A stretch of DNA of 32,000 bases from Trichodesmium erythraeum IMS101 (GCF_000014265.1 NC_008312.1:6240001-6272000), one strand, 5' to 3'. Positions 1-11,090 are shown, counted from the first letter of the stretch. Notes: a model not told the origin generated them from the letters alone. Numbers and translations are program-made.

Positions 1-341
1 TATACTACAAGAAATCTCCACCCACACCAATATGAGTAAGTTTCAGTCCAAATCCCAATACAGAGCAAGTAACTAATCGGAATATGACCATGATGTACAA
101 TGAGCCAATAGTAAAATCTTTGTAAGTATTTTGCCTGCTCAATGTGTGCCTCAAAATCAGCTTTATTACTGTAATTTATACTTGCTAATCATAAAAAAAC
201 TAGGAAAAGGTATTATATATCCAAAAATACCGATATATGCTTATACAAACCAGATTTCTTTGCCTTTGTATAAAAATAATACTACCTAATTTGATATAAT
301 ACAGCACTACAAAGACATTATTGATGAAAGAAACATTATGA

Positions 342-770
342 CCGAAAAAACCAACAATTCACATAAGTGGTAACTACCATAAAGACCGACGAATCATAAC
401 AGATAACAAAGGCAATATGGTTGAAAAAAATGCAGGTAATAAAGGTAATATGGTTGAAAAAAATGAAGGATATTTCATCTAATACTCTCCTGAATAAAAG
501 CAAGATTTAGCCGAAACTGCTGCTGAGATTCAAAAACTACTAGAACAATTGGAGAATACTTACTCAGTAGAAACTACGACAGAAAAAATGACAATTGCAA
601 CAAAAGCCGTTGAGGAAATTGAGAAGAACCAGGGTTTAACACAGCGAGTTATTAATACTTTAAAAACAGTCGGTGCGGCAGCGTTGGCAAAATTCCTAAG
701 CCATCTAGCTTCTAGTTTTATAATCGTAGCTCTTGATGATTGGCAAAAATCAAAAAAAAGGATTAGTTAG
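342..770 (+). pseudogene. Degraded small helical-module gene of the kind found with cyanobacterial pentapeptide-repeat/STAND proteins
   Basis: One reading phase (that of ORF 549..770) stays protein-like from about 342: ...HISGNYHKDRRIITDNKGNMVEKNAGNKGNMVEKNEGYFI*YSPE*KQDLAETAAEIQKLLEQLENTY...TEKMTIATKAVEEIEKN.... It is broken by in-frame TAA codons at 480-482 and 495-497. There is no in-frame ATG upstream; the ATG at 338 is in another phase and stops at 371-373. An internal GNMVEKN(A/E)G duplication is present. The family resemblance is from memory. Confidence 0.5.
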
Positions 771-1566
771 TAATAATTGAACCAAATAAGAGCGAAGGGG
801 ATATTAAAACTGATGGTGATTATTATCAAGACCGTCGGCTAATTTCTAATAGTAAAGGCTGTGTTGTGGAAAATTTTAAGGATAATATATCCCTAGACCA
901 AACTGATATTAAAGCTCAAGCAAGTTATTTTTTTAAAAAAGTCGAAAAAGTTGTTATCCACAATCAAAATAACAATTATGAAACAAAACAAAGTAACAAC
1001 AAATCAGACACTCAATTGGCTTTTGTGATAACTGGAAGTATTGAAGAGGGAAATTTAACTAGAGCTCAATTAAATGCTGCTGTGAAAGCTTTACAAAAAA
1101 ATAAGTGGGGATGCGTCTTTGGAAATTGAGTTTATTGAAGAAGGGAGTATCAAAATTATATTAAAAGGAATTATATTAAAAGATTCAAATCAAGGTTTAA
1201 ATCAAATAAAAGAACTGTTTTTATCTGATGAAATTGCTGACGATCCTGCTGTTTTAGAAGCTGTCCATGAAGATTTTTTTTTGTTGATGCAGTTCGACTT
1301 TTAACTGATTTAAAAAAAATCAAAAGATAGAGGAAAAATTTCAACTTGTAGCACAAATTAAGGAAAGGGAAAGGAAAAGTGAGTTTAGTTCGGAGCTAGC
1401 TAACAGAAAAACTAAACTGATAGAGAAAAATCTGAGAGGGTCAGACCTCAGAGGGGTTGACCTGGTAGGTGCAAATCTGAGTGGGGTTAACTTAAGGTAT
1501 GCTGATTTGAATGGGGTTTATTTGAGCTTAGTTAATGTCATTAATACCAAATTTAGCAATCTTTAA
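767..1566 (+). pseudogene. Pentapeptide-repeat protein pseudogene with an N-terminal alpha/beta module, split over three reading phases
   Basis: Phase of 866..1129 gives ...LAFVITGSIEEGNLTRAQLNAAVKALQK. It shifts near 1119 to IEFIEEGSIKIILKG...ELFLSDEIADDPAVLEAV, then shifts again at about 1309. The third phase (1429-1527) reads NLRGSDLRGVDLVGANLSGVNLRYADLNGVYLS, which is canonical A(D/N)LXX pentapeptide periodicity. No usable start codon. Confidence 0.6.
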
Positions 1567-1569
1567 TTT

Positions 1570-1860
1570 TTAAAAGAAGTAAAGCAAGACTTCATTATCC
1601 GTGGTCATTTGCGCAGATGCTTAGAAGGAATTATTGAGGATGGATGGAAGACTTTAGAAGAAATCAAACAACTGGAAGAAAATAAACCTGCTTTTTGTCA
1701 TGCTAAAATGTCTATTTTTTCTAGTGAACAACCCTTAATTACAAGAGTAAAAGAACTTATTGAATTGGAATTAGTTATAAACAAGCAAAAAGTAGCTTTA
1801 GTCATGAATATTTTCTCACAAACAGCTCAAGAAATAAATGTAAAAATATTTGATTTTTAA
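1570..1860 (+). pseudogene. Orphan C-terminal ORF fragment (...GWKTLEEIKQLEE...VKELIELELVINKQKVALVMNIF...)
   Basis: Same phase as the pentapeptide remnant and separated from it only by TAA 1564-1566. The track start is TTG. From memory it resembles a conserved cyanobacterial '...GWQTLEEL...' module seen with CHAT/STAND loci. Weak assignment. Confidence 0.35.
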
Positions 1861-1928
1861 GCAGTTTTTTTCATGCCTAATCATATATTAATCAGCAGCT
1901 TTTTTCATGCCTAATCATATATTAATAA
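1861..1928. repeat. Tandem duplication, 2 x 34 bp (gcagYtttttTCATGCCTAATCATATATTAAT)
   Basis: Units 1861-1894 and 1895-1928 differ at 2 positions. Read directly. Confidence 0.9.
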
Positions 1929-2094
1929 TAGGTATTAAACCATTCACACAAATGTAAATTTTTCAGAATTAATTTTTTTTAAATAGTTATAATGCAAGAA
2001 AAATATCTTATTTACAAGCTTGTAAGCACCAATGGTTACTCAAAATAAATATTGGTAAAACTTGAAGTTATTAAACATCAATATTCTTATAAAA

Positions 2095-3380
2095 AAATCA
2101 GAAATTACAATTTATTTTCCTCCGGAAACTTTCCTAAAATATTACCATAATTGGCAGTTTCAATATAGAAATATACTGTTAAATCCCAGGGGGTAGTTTA
2201 TATCAGGTCAAAGAACTATTTCTGTTGAGCAATGTAAAATATTTTCTCGACAACTTAAAGTAGAGCTTGATACTTGGCTAAATCCTCTAAAGGAACAATT
2301 AAAAAAAATTCTTGCCCTAAAACCAGGAGATGTTATTCATTTTCTGTTTTAAGGTAAAGACCAAGAATTATATAACTTAAATCGTTTACCTTAGATTTCA
2401 TGGGATTTATTTCCTGAAAAATGTCAAGTAAAGGTAGGAAGAAGGTAAAGAATTAGAAAAGTTACGAGGAGCATATCCTTTTTTTCTTAATCAACTTCAA
2501 CGTCGATATTTTGTCAATATTTGGAATAATAACTGGGATATTTTTTGTTTTCTGATCACAGCAAAATAGAAGGAAACACAGGCTTACTTACTCTGAAAAG
2601 AGATAAAAATAATCAAGAAATAAATCTGAATATTGAAGAAATTTTAGCAACTTTAACAAAAGCTATTAATAATGGGTTAAAGCTGGCAATTTTTAATTCC
2701 TGCGATGGATTAGGATTGGCAAAATTCATCCAAAATTTAACTCTTCTTCATCCCTCTGTTATTGTTTGCTAAGAACTTGTACCAGATAGGGTAGCTCAAG
2801 CTTTTATTAAACATTTTTTTAAGTCTTATCAAGATGAAAATACGTGTTTATATACTGCGGTTTTAAATGCAAGAAAAAGGTTAGATGAATTAGAAGGAAA
2901 CAATAACCAAAAACTTAAGGATGCACTACCGGGAGCCACTTGTTTACCTATCATTATTCAACATTATCAAATATAACCGCTAACTTGGAATCAACTACGT
3001 GGCAAGCGCTCTGAAGAAATACCAACTCATCTGGAGCGTCAAAAGTTACTGAACAGAATCAAAACTTACTGGTTAGAAAATATATTAGAGAAACGTTTAC
3101 AGGAAAAGGTGGTACTAAACCTGAATTTAGAAAAACGTTTAAATTTAGTAAAAAATGCTGCCAAAACTGAAACTCCCGAATAAAAAGTCATCCCCTTATC
3201 TCCTAGCACTAAGATAATTGATTTTTTTAGATAAAATAGAAACGCTTTTGATTTTAGGGGAACCAGGAGCAGGTAAAACAATAACTTTGTTAGATTTAGC
3301 TCGCGACCTTGTTGAATTTGCTGAAGATGATTCAAATTATCGAATTCCTGTTGTGTTAGAGCTGACTTCTTGGAGGGAGA
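2095..3380 (+). pseudogene. CHAT-like/caspase-like N-terminal domain fused to a NACHT-type STAND NTPase; heavily decayed
   Basis: Recognisable segments in several phases: ITIYFPPETFLKYYHNWQFQYR; GLKLAIFNSCDGLGLAKF...VIVC*ELVPDRVAQAFIKHFF...LYTAVLNARKRL...ATCLPIIIQHYQI*PLTW; IKTYWLENILEKRLQEKVVLNLNLE. The Walker A is LILGEPGAGKT (G14-T21 at 3257-3280), followed by IPVVLELTSW. Stops include 2770-2772, about 2974 and about 3181, plus frameshifts. The architecture matches Nostocales NACHT proteins from memory. Confidence 0.65.
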
Positions 3381-3402
3381 AGCTTTATTTGCAAAATTTT
3401 AA

Positions 3403-3928
3403 ACCTTTTCCCAAAATAGCCCAATTATTAAAGTAGGCTTAAAAATAAAAGATCAAATTTTAGAAATTGATGGTGTAAATTATAGATATGACTGACAAAA
3501 TGAGTAATGAAGAAAAAAGAAAATTTTTAGATAAAAAAGTTGGAGAAAAAATGGTTATAAAAATTGCTCGCCCTGGTTTGATTATTGAAACAAAAACTGT
3601 AAGTATTACACACTCCTTAATTGACCTTTATTTAGAAGAAAAAATAGATTATGTTTTTGTAGGAATATTTGATGATAGAATCCTGAGCTGGAACGACGTT
3701 TTAGGTTGATATGATGTTCATCAGTCTTATCAGTTAAGGGGATATGCTTACTGCTATATTGGTAATGAGGAAAAAGGAAGGATGAATTGGAGAATCGCAG
3801 CAAAGCTTTTCTCTGATTCCAATGCATCTCCTAATGCTGATATTTTAAACAATCTTATAGAAAAATTAGATAAAAATCAAAAAGAGCAATCATGTATAGA
3901 AAAATTGGAAGGTATTGTTCTGAACTAG
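3403..3928 (+). pseudogene. PDZ-domain protein remnant with a TPR-like tail
   Basis: QNSPIIKVGLKIKDQILEIDGV (the PDZ carboxylate-binding/GLK.GD.IL.IDG pattern). A frameshift leads to MSNEEKRKFLDKKVGEKMVIKIARPG. An in-frame TGA lies at 3707-3709, and the same phase then continues YQLRGYAYCYIGNEEKGRMNWRIAAKLF... to TAG 3926-3928. Confidence 0.5.
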
Positions 3929-5380
3929 AAAATTTTTAATAGATATCTCCCATCATAAAAGTAATAAAAAATAAAACTCATTATTGCTCTGCTGATAATT
4001 TTTCTTTATTGGTGCATAAACTAGCCCAAAGCGCGATTCCAACAGAACGTTGAGGAGGTTTTTCCCAGTAATGTTTGCTCATACATTTAATCAAAAGGCT
4101 TCCAACTTGGATTCAAATTTTTTAGGATTTAATCGGTGTTTATGCTCTTTTGAACCTATCTTGTTTTAAGGCTCGTTCAATATTTAGCATTTTTCTAGTC
4201 AATTTTTTCTTCAGTCATTTTATCTTATTTCCCAACAACTTTAGTATATGTTGATAATTCTACAATTACTTCAATTTCCTTTACTCTCACACTTTTTTTA
4301 TCCAACTATACAACAACTATTCAACCAGATTTGATATAAAGATTTCAGGAGCTAGATTTTTTTGATAACAAAAAAAAAGTCATCTTTTCTTTCGCGATAT
4401 CATCGTCTACCCGGATTGATCATAAACAGAGGAATTGAGAAATACATAAGCCTTGGCATAGTTTAGTTTGAAAAGTCATATACTTGTCAAATAAGAGTTG
4501 TCACAAAAGTTTGTTATGACAGAATGTAATTACTCAATTTTTAGCTAAATTATTCAGATTCTTCCTCAGAAAAGTAGTATTTTTTTTCTAGTTTTAAGAT
4601 TACTATAATTTTGGTAGCGTCTCCCAGTATATAAAATTAATTTTTGATAAATTCGGGTCAAATATTAGTGAAAGTCAGATATTTTTTCGGATTAAAAAAA
4701 CTTTAAATAAAGGATTTTATTTTAGTTAATTAATAACTTGTACAGTGAAGTTTTAAATATATCCGTCAATACCTGGCTAATAAACATTCTAATCCTAGAA
4801 AAAGAGTTAATTTGTTTAGTTGGATTTTATTGAAGCTATTTATCTAATCAGTAATTATTTTCCTCATATTCATTCAGGAATTAACCCTTAAGGAAGTAAT
4901 GTTCAGTTTTAATACTATAAATATCTATAATTTACTTAATATTTTTAAATAATTCCTCATATTTGTATAGAAAAACTTATTGTTGTTTATTCTTGAGATA
5001 TTAAATTGATGCAAATTAACAAGATATTAGCCAGAAGCAATCAAGTTATAAACGAAAGTGATATCCTAATCTCTAAGTAGTTCAATCACAAAATTTATCT
5101 TCTATTTAAATCACTTGATGGCCTTGACAAAAAGAAAAAAATAGTATAATAATAAATTTATAACTAAATATCATGATTAATAAAAATTAAGGAAAGACAC
5201 TAGATATAGTGCTTAATAATTATGATGTTTTTGTATTTAGTTAGAAAATTTGGATAGTGTCCTCAAGCTCTGTTATACTTTCTGTCGCCAGAGAAAAATT
5301 GTTTCGCTACGCGATCGTCTCATCAACATAAAGATTTGAATTGCTGAAAAAAAATTGAGTCAAGTCTTTCTATATTAATC

Positions 5381-5880
5381 AAGTATTATGATGTATAATC
5401 AAAAAAATTTTACAAAGACTTTAAAAATGGACTTTGATTATATACAATATTGTTAGCATTTAATAAGTAGTCAGAAAATTTATACTATTACAAATCTGGC
5501 GAATTATCCTCAAAAAGTTAGTTATGATCGGATTAATCGTTATTTTTAAAATCTTGATTTAGGGAGTAAAGTTTTATGGCAAAATATCAAAAAATAAATT
5601 GAAAAGACTAAATCTACACATGAAGATTTTATTTTTGACGATACAGTTAGAAATAAAATATATTCCCAAAAAATTGATAGTTTTTCTGCTCTAAAAGAGG
5701 AAGTTTTCCGATGTCAGCATAGTGCTAATAAACATACAGTAATTCGTGGAAGCTTAAGTAGTTAATTACTTATATTTTTATCCAAAAATAGAAAAATTGG
5801 GGAAACTTAGATGATCGTATTTATAACCCAAAGAGTGATAAGAAGAACCAAAAAGGACTGACGCAGTACCGTTACATATG
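5381..5880 (+). mobile_element. DDE transposase remnant (IS4/IS701-like superfamily; family uncertain)
   Basis: The translation, with several stops, reads ...ITNLANYPQKVSYDRINRYF*...FIFDDTVRNKIYSQKIDSF...QHSANKHTVIRG...LDDRIYNPKSDKKNQKGL. This follows the LIFDDTVLDK.YS.KIE...YSGN.H..IKGI...IDYRIYDP..DGK pattern I recall from cyanobacterial transposases. Confidence 0.45.
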
Positions 5881-7181
5881 ATGTATTTTTGGTGATTTTT
5901 GCAGATTTTTACACTATAATTAGTTACTTTGGGTAAGTCCTGTCAAATATATTATGTAGAATAAATAATTATTGATGTGCTAAAAGTAATAAAATACTAG
6001 TAAAAAAAGTACCAATGGATAGCTAGTATGCAACTAAAAGACTCATAGCCTTCATAGATAGCTTAATTAAAATCTACTGTTTTCCTTTAAAAAAGAATTG
6101 TTGAGTAGACAAGACAGGGGGTGTACTATACTATTTCTAAAAAACTTTTCTATCCGCATCTTCTATAGAAGACTAACTCCTAACCTTGACGGTGGATGGA
6201 GAATAATTGAATGCAAAGTCTGTACGTCGAAGGGAGTAGGGTTAGAGGTGTTGCATACAACGTCCGTACAATACAACCTTAATAACCTAAAATTAGTATT
6301 AATTTAGTTAAAGTGAGGAAGAAGGTTATCAGTACTTAATGTTAATTACTTAATAACTCGTATGCTATCTAAGCATAGCATTAATGTATGGGAATTGGTA
6401 TAAAAATATAAAAATATAAAAATATAAATCTGGAAAATTAATATGTTGTAAATCAGAATTAATCTCAGGAAAAAATGATTAAGATTAGAGATTTTCCTAT
6501 AGATAAAAAAAATAAAATTATTCTAGGCTAGTGTTTCCACAAATGTAACAGAATATATAGAGACTAATTATTTTAATCAATCCTCTACATTATATGTGCA
6601 GTTTTAGTGACAAACTATATGTAAAATATAAGCATTTTACGGCATAATTAAGCAAGTAATATAAGTTTAGTTTTTCCAATGCTTAAAAATAAGAATTCAA
6701 AAAAAATATTGCTTGTATAATATTGTTTGGTAATTATTTTAAAAGCTAACAAAGGAAAATAGAAAAAACTATTGATAAAATAAAAAAATGAATTACTGTA
6801 AAATTATTGAAGCAAAAAAAATATATATAGTATAGCAATAAAATTTCAGTTACTTGGAAAAAATTTTGATGTTGATATATCAAGCAAAAATTAATCGTTT
6901 TTACAAATGTTTTTATGGTAAAAAAAACTCGAAGTAATGGCAATATAATTGATAGTAATTGCCTCTGATTAGTGTTAGTTATATATATATCTTTTGGCAT
7001 CAATCCTAAATTTTTTAGTATGCTAATTAACTAGGATTGACTTAACTAATCAAAATATAGTTAGGTTAAAGTGTCTCTAATATTTATCAGGAAAATTATT
7101 AAATATTGATCAAAATCTTTAGAGTCAAATAACTAAAGACTAGGCATTGTAAAAATAGTCAAAATTTGGGATTTAGTAGTT

Positions 7182-8372
7182 ATGAAAATTCTAGTATTAA
7201 GTTGGGAGTTCCCACCGAGAATTATAGGAGGAATAGCACGTCATGTTGCAGAACTATACCCAGAATTGGTGAAATTAGGACATGAAGTTCATTTAGTTAC
7301 AGTCAAGTCTGGTGAAGCACCAATGTATGAAATTGTAGAGGGAATAGAAGTCTACAGAGTGCCAGTTGGACCAAGCCACAACTTTTTTCATTGGATAGGA
7401 AATATGAATGAAGCTATGGGTCGTTATGGAGGAAAACTAATTAAAGAAGAGAAAAATTTTGATATAATTCATGCCCATGATTGGCTAGTTGCAGATGCGA
7501 CTATCGCTCTTAAACATATCTTTAAACTACCACTAATAGCTACTATTCATGCCACAGAAAATGGTCGCCATAATGGTATTCATAATCGTAGCCAACAGTA
7601 TATTCATGAAAAGGAAAAAGAGTTAATTTATAATGCTTGGAGAGTGATTGTTTGCTCAAACTATATGCGAGGAGATGTAACAAGAACTTTAGATAGTCCT
7701 TGGGACAAAATAGACGTAATTTATAATGGAATTTGTCCTGAAAAAAAACCTACTCTAAATCAGTTTGATTATCTACATTTCCGTCGGCATTTTGCAACAG
7801 ATGAAGAAAAAATTGTTTACTACTTAGGTAGAATGACTCCAGAAAAAGGTTTGTCAGTGTTAATTCATGCAGCACCTAGAGTAATTGAAGAAATGGGAGA
7901 TAGGATAAAATTTATTATGATTGGTGGTGGCAAAACTGACTATTGGAAACAGGAAATCTGGAATTTAGGAATTTCGGAAAGATTCTATTTCACAGGGTTT
8001 ATGTCTGAGGAAAAATTAGATAAATTCCAGGCGATCGCAGATTGTGCAGTATTTCCTAGCTTATACGAACCGTTTGGTATTGTTGCCCTAGAAAGTTTTG
8101 CAGCAAGGGTGCCAGTGGTGGTTTCAGATACCGGTGGTTTGCCAGAAGTGGTAGAACATGGTAAAACGGGTATTGTTACTAAAGTTGGTAATCCTACTTC
8201 TCTAGCATTGGGTATTCTAGAAGTTTTGAAAGGCCGTAGCTTTGTCAAAGAGTTGGTGAATAATGCTTATCAGGAATTAGAGAATAAATTTTGCTGGGGT
8301 AAAATAGCAAAACAAACTGATAGAGTGTATCACAGAGTACTAGCAGAAAGGACGCAAGTGACTTGGAAATAG
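7182..8372 (+). CDS. Glycosyltransferase family 4 (GT-B fold, group 1 glycosyltransferase)
   Basis: 396-aa intact ORF with an ATG start. N-terminus is MKILVLSWEFPPRIIGGIARHV. The C-terminal E-x7-E region reads EPFGIVALESFAARVPVVVSDTGGLPEVVEHGKTG. It contains a HIP1 site at 8031-8038. Confidence 0.9.
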   Translation: MKILVLSWEFPPRIIGGIARHVAELYPELVKLGHEVHLVTVKSGEAPMYEIVEGIEVYRVPVGPSHNFFHWIGNMNEAMGRYGGKLIKEEKNFDIIHAHDWLVADATIALKHIFKLPLIATIHATENGRHNGIHNRSQQYIHEKEKELIYNAWRVIVCSNYMRGDVTRTLDSPWDKIDVIYNGICPEKKPTLNQFDYLHFRRHFATDEEKIVYYLGRMTPEKGLSVLIHAAPRVIEEMGDRIKFIMIGGGKTDYWKQEIWNLGISERFYFTGFMSEEKLDKFQAIADCAVFPSLYEPFGIVALESFAARVPVVVSDTGGLPEVVEHGKTGIVTKVGNPTSLALGILEVLKGRSFVKELVNNAYQELENKFCWGKIAKQTDRVYHRVLAERTQVTWK

Positions 8373-8430
8373 AAAGTAGAGGAGTTGGTAAGTTTGTAAG
8401 TAGTTCGGTAATAGAAAGTAGAAGAGTTGG
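8368..8430. repeat. Direct 21-mer repeat AATAGAAAGTAGARGAGTTGG x2, 42-bp period
   Basis: Copies at 8368-8388 and 8410-8430 with 1 mismatch. The first copy contains the glycosyltransferase stop codon (8370-8372). Confidence 0.7.
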
Positions 8431-9774
8431 GGATGATATTTCCCTAATTCCCAATGTTTAATGCTTGTTTTTTTGTAGTGGTAAAAAATAAAAAATTACA
8501 GAATTAATCTTTAAAAATATGACTACTCAGACACTCAACTAAACATTCCTAATTATAAAGGTAAAAGTGGTACTTATGGTAGCACTAACAGTACTGATTA
8601 AATGAATAGTGGCAGCATTCAAACAATGATTGATTAAACACAATTGTATCGGGTAATTATAGCTAACTTTAACTTTGGTAGTCAATTGTTTTCATAGTTT
8701 TCAAAGACCAGAAGCAGCAAAAAATGCCACTGAAAAGATTGCGGTTTTATCAGTTATGACTTTTGATGATGGTCGATAATAGTACCTTCAAAAAATGGTT
8801 TAAGAGTTAAAAGTTCTAAAGACTCTGTAAGAGTTGATTTATCTATTACATGGAAAATACTAATTTTTTTGTTGTTTTATGAGTAAATTAATCACTTTCT
8901 GGTTCTTTTTATCCAACTATTACATCTACTATTTCTGTTGCTCAATATTAGTTATTATTTGTGTTTTTTATATATAACTCTTATTTTTGCCTAAATTATA
9001 TTGTTTCTGTTGATAATTGTTATTTAGTCTATATCTACTCTTTTCTATACTATCTATAATTAATTTTTGTTCTTTCAACATTTATTGTATTGATAAATAT
9101 TCATCTTATTTTTCCTGAAATTTTTCTAATAAGCTGAGTGATAATAATTATAGGAATATATCTATCCAATAATCAAAAATATTGTGAGCAGTCTATTAAC
9201 TAACCCCCAAGTTTATTTCCAGTATGAGCAAATGTCAGTACATGATATAATCATATAAAATTAATATGATTTATTTCGATGTTTTGAAAATCTTTTTTTT
9301 CCTCCTCCTGATTAGATTAATTTTTTTTTATAATAGCGATCGCCTTTCTTTTTCTGATTTTATATTTTGAGTGTTTTTTATTAGACATCTCCAAAAATCT
9401 CAATTTTAGAGCTGCAGGGTAAGGGTTGGAGAACCTCCAAGAATGGGACTTATTGCATAAGATTAACTGAATCAAGCAAAATTCACTAGAAAAATTCTTT
9501 TTTATAAATTTTTCCTAAAAATCTCTAAAAATTTATTCCTTGTTGTCTGGTACCTGTTGCCTACTCTACCAAGAAGTATATTAAATAGTTGTGCAAAATG
9601 AATTACACATATTTGAGCAAGTTATTTATAGTATAAAAGACAAATACATTATATAATGAACATCGATTAAGTCTAATGATTAAATTTACCTCCTAACTAT
9701 TTTCTGAGCAAAGAAAAAGGTTAGGTTTTTATGATTAGTAAATTATTAGTTTTATACCAAATATAAGCCTACTA

Positions 9775-10944
9775 TTATTTAATACTCGTAGTTGCTTGAC
9801 GTAAAGATTTAATTGTGGCGATCGCCTGTTCTGCTACTAGATCTATTTCTTCGGCAGTATTAAACCGCCCAATACCAAAGCGCACAGAAGCATAAGCTAA
9901 CTTTTCTGAACGCCCTAAAGCTTGCAAAACATGGGAAGGTGAGATTTTGGCAGAAGTGCAAGCAGAACCAGAAGAAACCGCCATCACACTTTGTAAGCCC
10001 AACAATAAAGCTTGGCCATCTACACCCTCAACACTAATGTTTAAATTTCCTGGTAAACGCTGAGTCGGATGTCCGTTGAGAAAAATATTTTCTAATGTTT
10101 GTAACTTCTCCCATAACTGTTGTCGTAAACTAGTTAACCGTTTTGCCTCCGACTTTATTTCTGCTAACGCCAATGCCACCGCTTTACTAAAACCAACTAT
10201 TTGAGGCGTACACAAAGTACCAGAACGTATTCCTCGTTCGTGTCCACCTCCATGTATTTGAGGCGCTATTTTGACTCTCGGATGGCGACGACGCACATAG
10301 ATAGCACCAATACCTTTTGGTCCGTAAATTTTATGGGCAGTTAATGACATTAAATCAATATTCATTGCCTGTACGTCAAGAGAAATTTTACCAATAGCTT
10401 GTGCAGCATCAGTATGGAAAATAATCGAATTTTCTTTGCATATTTCTCCTATTTTTGCTAAGGGTTGTAAGACTCCAATTTCATTATTTGCTGCCATAAT
10501 AGATACGAGAATTGTATCATCACGCAAAGCTGTTTCAAGACGAGTTATATCGATAATTCCATCTCTATTTACAGGTAAATAAGTTACTTCAAATCCCAAA
10601 TTTTGTAAATAGGCACAGGGGTCGAGAACTGCATTATGTTCAGTAGTGATCGTAATAATATGTTTGCCTTTATTAAAGTAAGCTTCAGCTATTCCTTTGA
10701 TGGCTAAATTATTTGATTCTGTTGCACCACTGGTAAAGATAATTTCTTCAGGACTAGCATTAATACCTGTAGCCAAAATTTCTCTAGCTTTTTTCACTGC
10801 TGCTTCTGCTTCCCAACCATATTGATGGGTAATGCTAGCGGGGTTGCCAAAATGTTCTGTGAAGTAGGGCAACATTGTTTTTAATACTCGTTCATCAAGG
10901 GGAGTAGTTGCATTACAGTCGAGATATATAGGACGTTTAAACAT
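9775..10944 (-). CDS. iscS: Cysteine desulfurase, IscS/NifS-like (class V PLP aminotransferase)
   Basis: 389-aa intact ORF. Motifs: IYLDCNATTP N-terminus, PLP-lysine motif HKIYGPKGIG, catalytic-cysteine loop SSGSACTS. There are no nif neighbours, so an IscS-type role is more likely than nifS. HIP1 sites at 9818-9825 and 10946-10953. Confidence 0.9.
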   Translation of the reverse strand: MFKRPIYLDCNATTPLDERVLKTMLPYFTEHFGNPASITHQYGWEAEAAVKKAREILATGINASPEEIIFTSGATESNNLAIKGIAEAYFNKGKHIITITTEHNAVLDPCAYLQNLGFEVTYLPVNRDGIIDITRLETALRDDTILVSIMAANNEIGVLQPLAKIGEICKENSIIFHTDAAQAIGKISLDVQAMNIDLMSLTAHKIYGPKGIGAIYVRRRHPRVKIAPQIHGGGHERGIRSGTLCTPQIVGFSKAVALALAEIKSEAKRLTSLRQQLWEKLQTLENIFLNGHPTQRLPGNLNISVEGVDGQALLLGLQSVMAVSSGSACTSAKISPSHVLQALGRSEKLAYASVRFGIGRFNTAEEIDLVAEQAIATIKSLRQATTSIK

Positions 10945-11090
10945 AGCGATCGCTTAATAATTAGTTAATTATTTTATGTTCTCATATTTTATAGTATCAA
11001 AAACTAGGTTCTTGGGAGCAAATTTAGGTATTGTGAGATGTATCATACGATGTCTAGTTATTATACATAACATTTTTTCATTCCTTTCTA

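Noticed and set aside
1-170. Minus-strand open frame running off the left edge (...ADFEAHIEQAKYLQRFYYWLIVHHGHIPISYLLCIGIWTETYSYWCGWRFLVV)
   Set aside because: There is no start codon between the upstream TGA and the window edge. The VHHGH..IP.Y pattern faintly recalls a desaturase/hydroxylase histidine box, but that is too weak to call. It is probably another remnant.
1171-3827. Minus-strand ORFs 1171..1356, 3066..3335 and 3606..3827
   Set aside because: They are antisense to plus-strand pseudogene frames that carry recognisable pentapeptide, NACHT and PDZ motifs. They have no motifs of their own.
6225-6285. Group II intron domain V within the G+C-richer island
   Set aside because: I tried to fold GAGGTGTTGCATAC...GTACAATACAACCTT as a D5 helix. 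The arms do not pair without multiple mismatches, and the AGC/GNRA features are absent.
6746-7003. 85-aa minus-strand ORF
   Set aside because: It is extremely F/I/L/N/T-rich and low-complexity in about 20% G+C DNA. I judge it an artefact.
7985-8454. Minus-strand ORFs 7985..8248 and 8245..8454
   Set aside because: They are antisense shadows of the glycosyltransferase gene and its 3' flank. They show no motifs, and the plus-strand frame has clear GT4 signatures.
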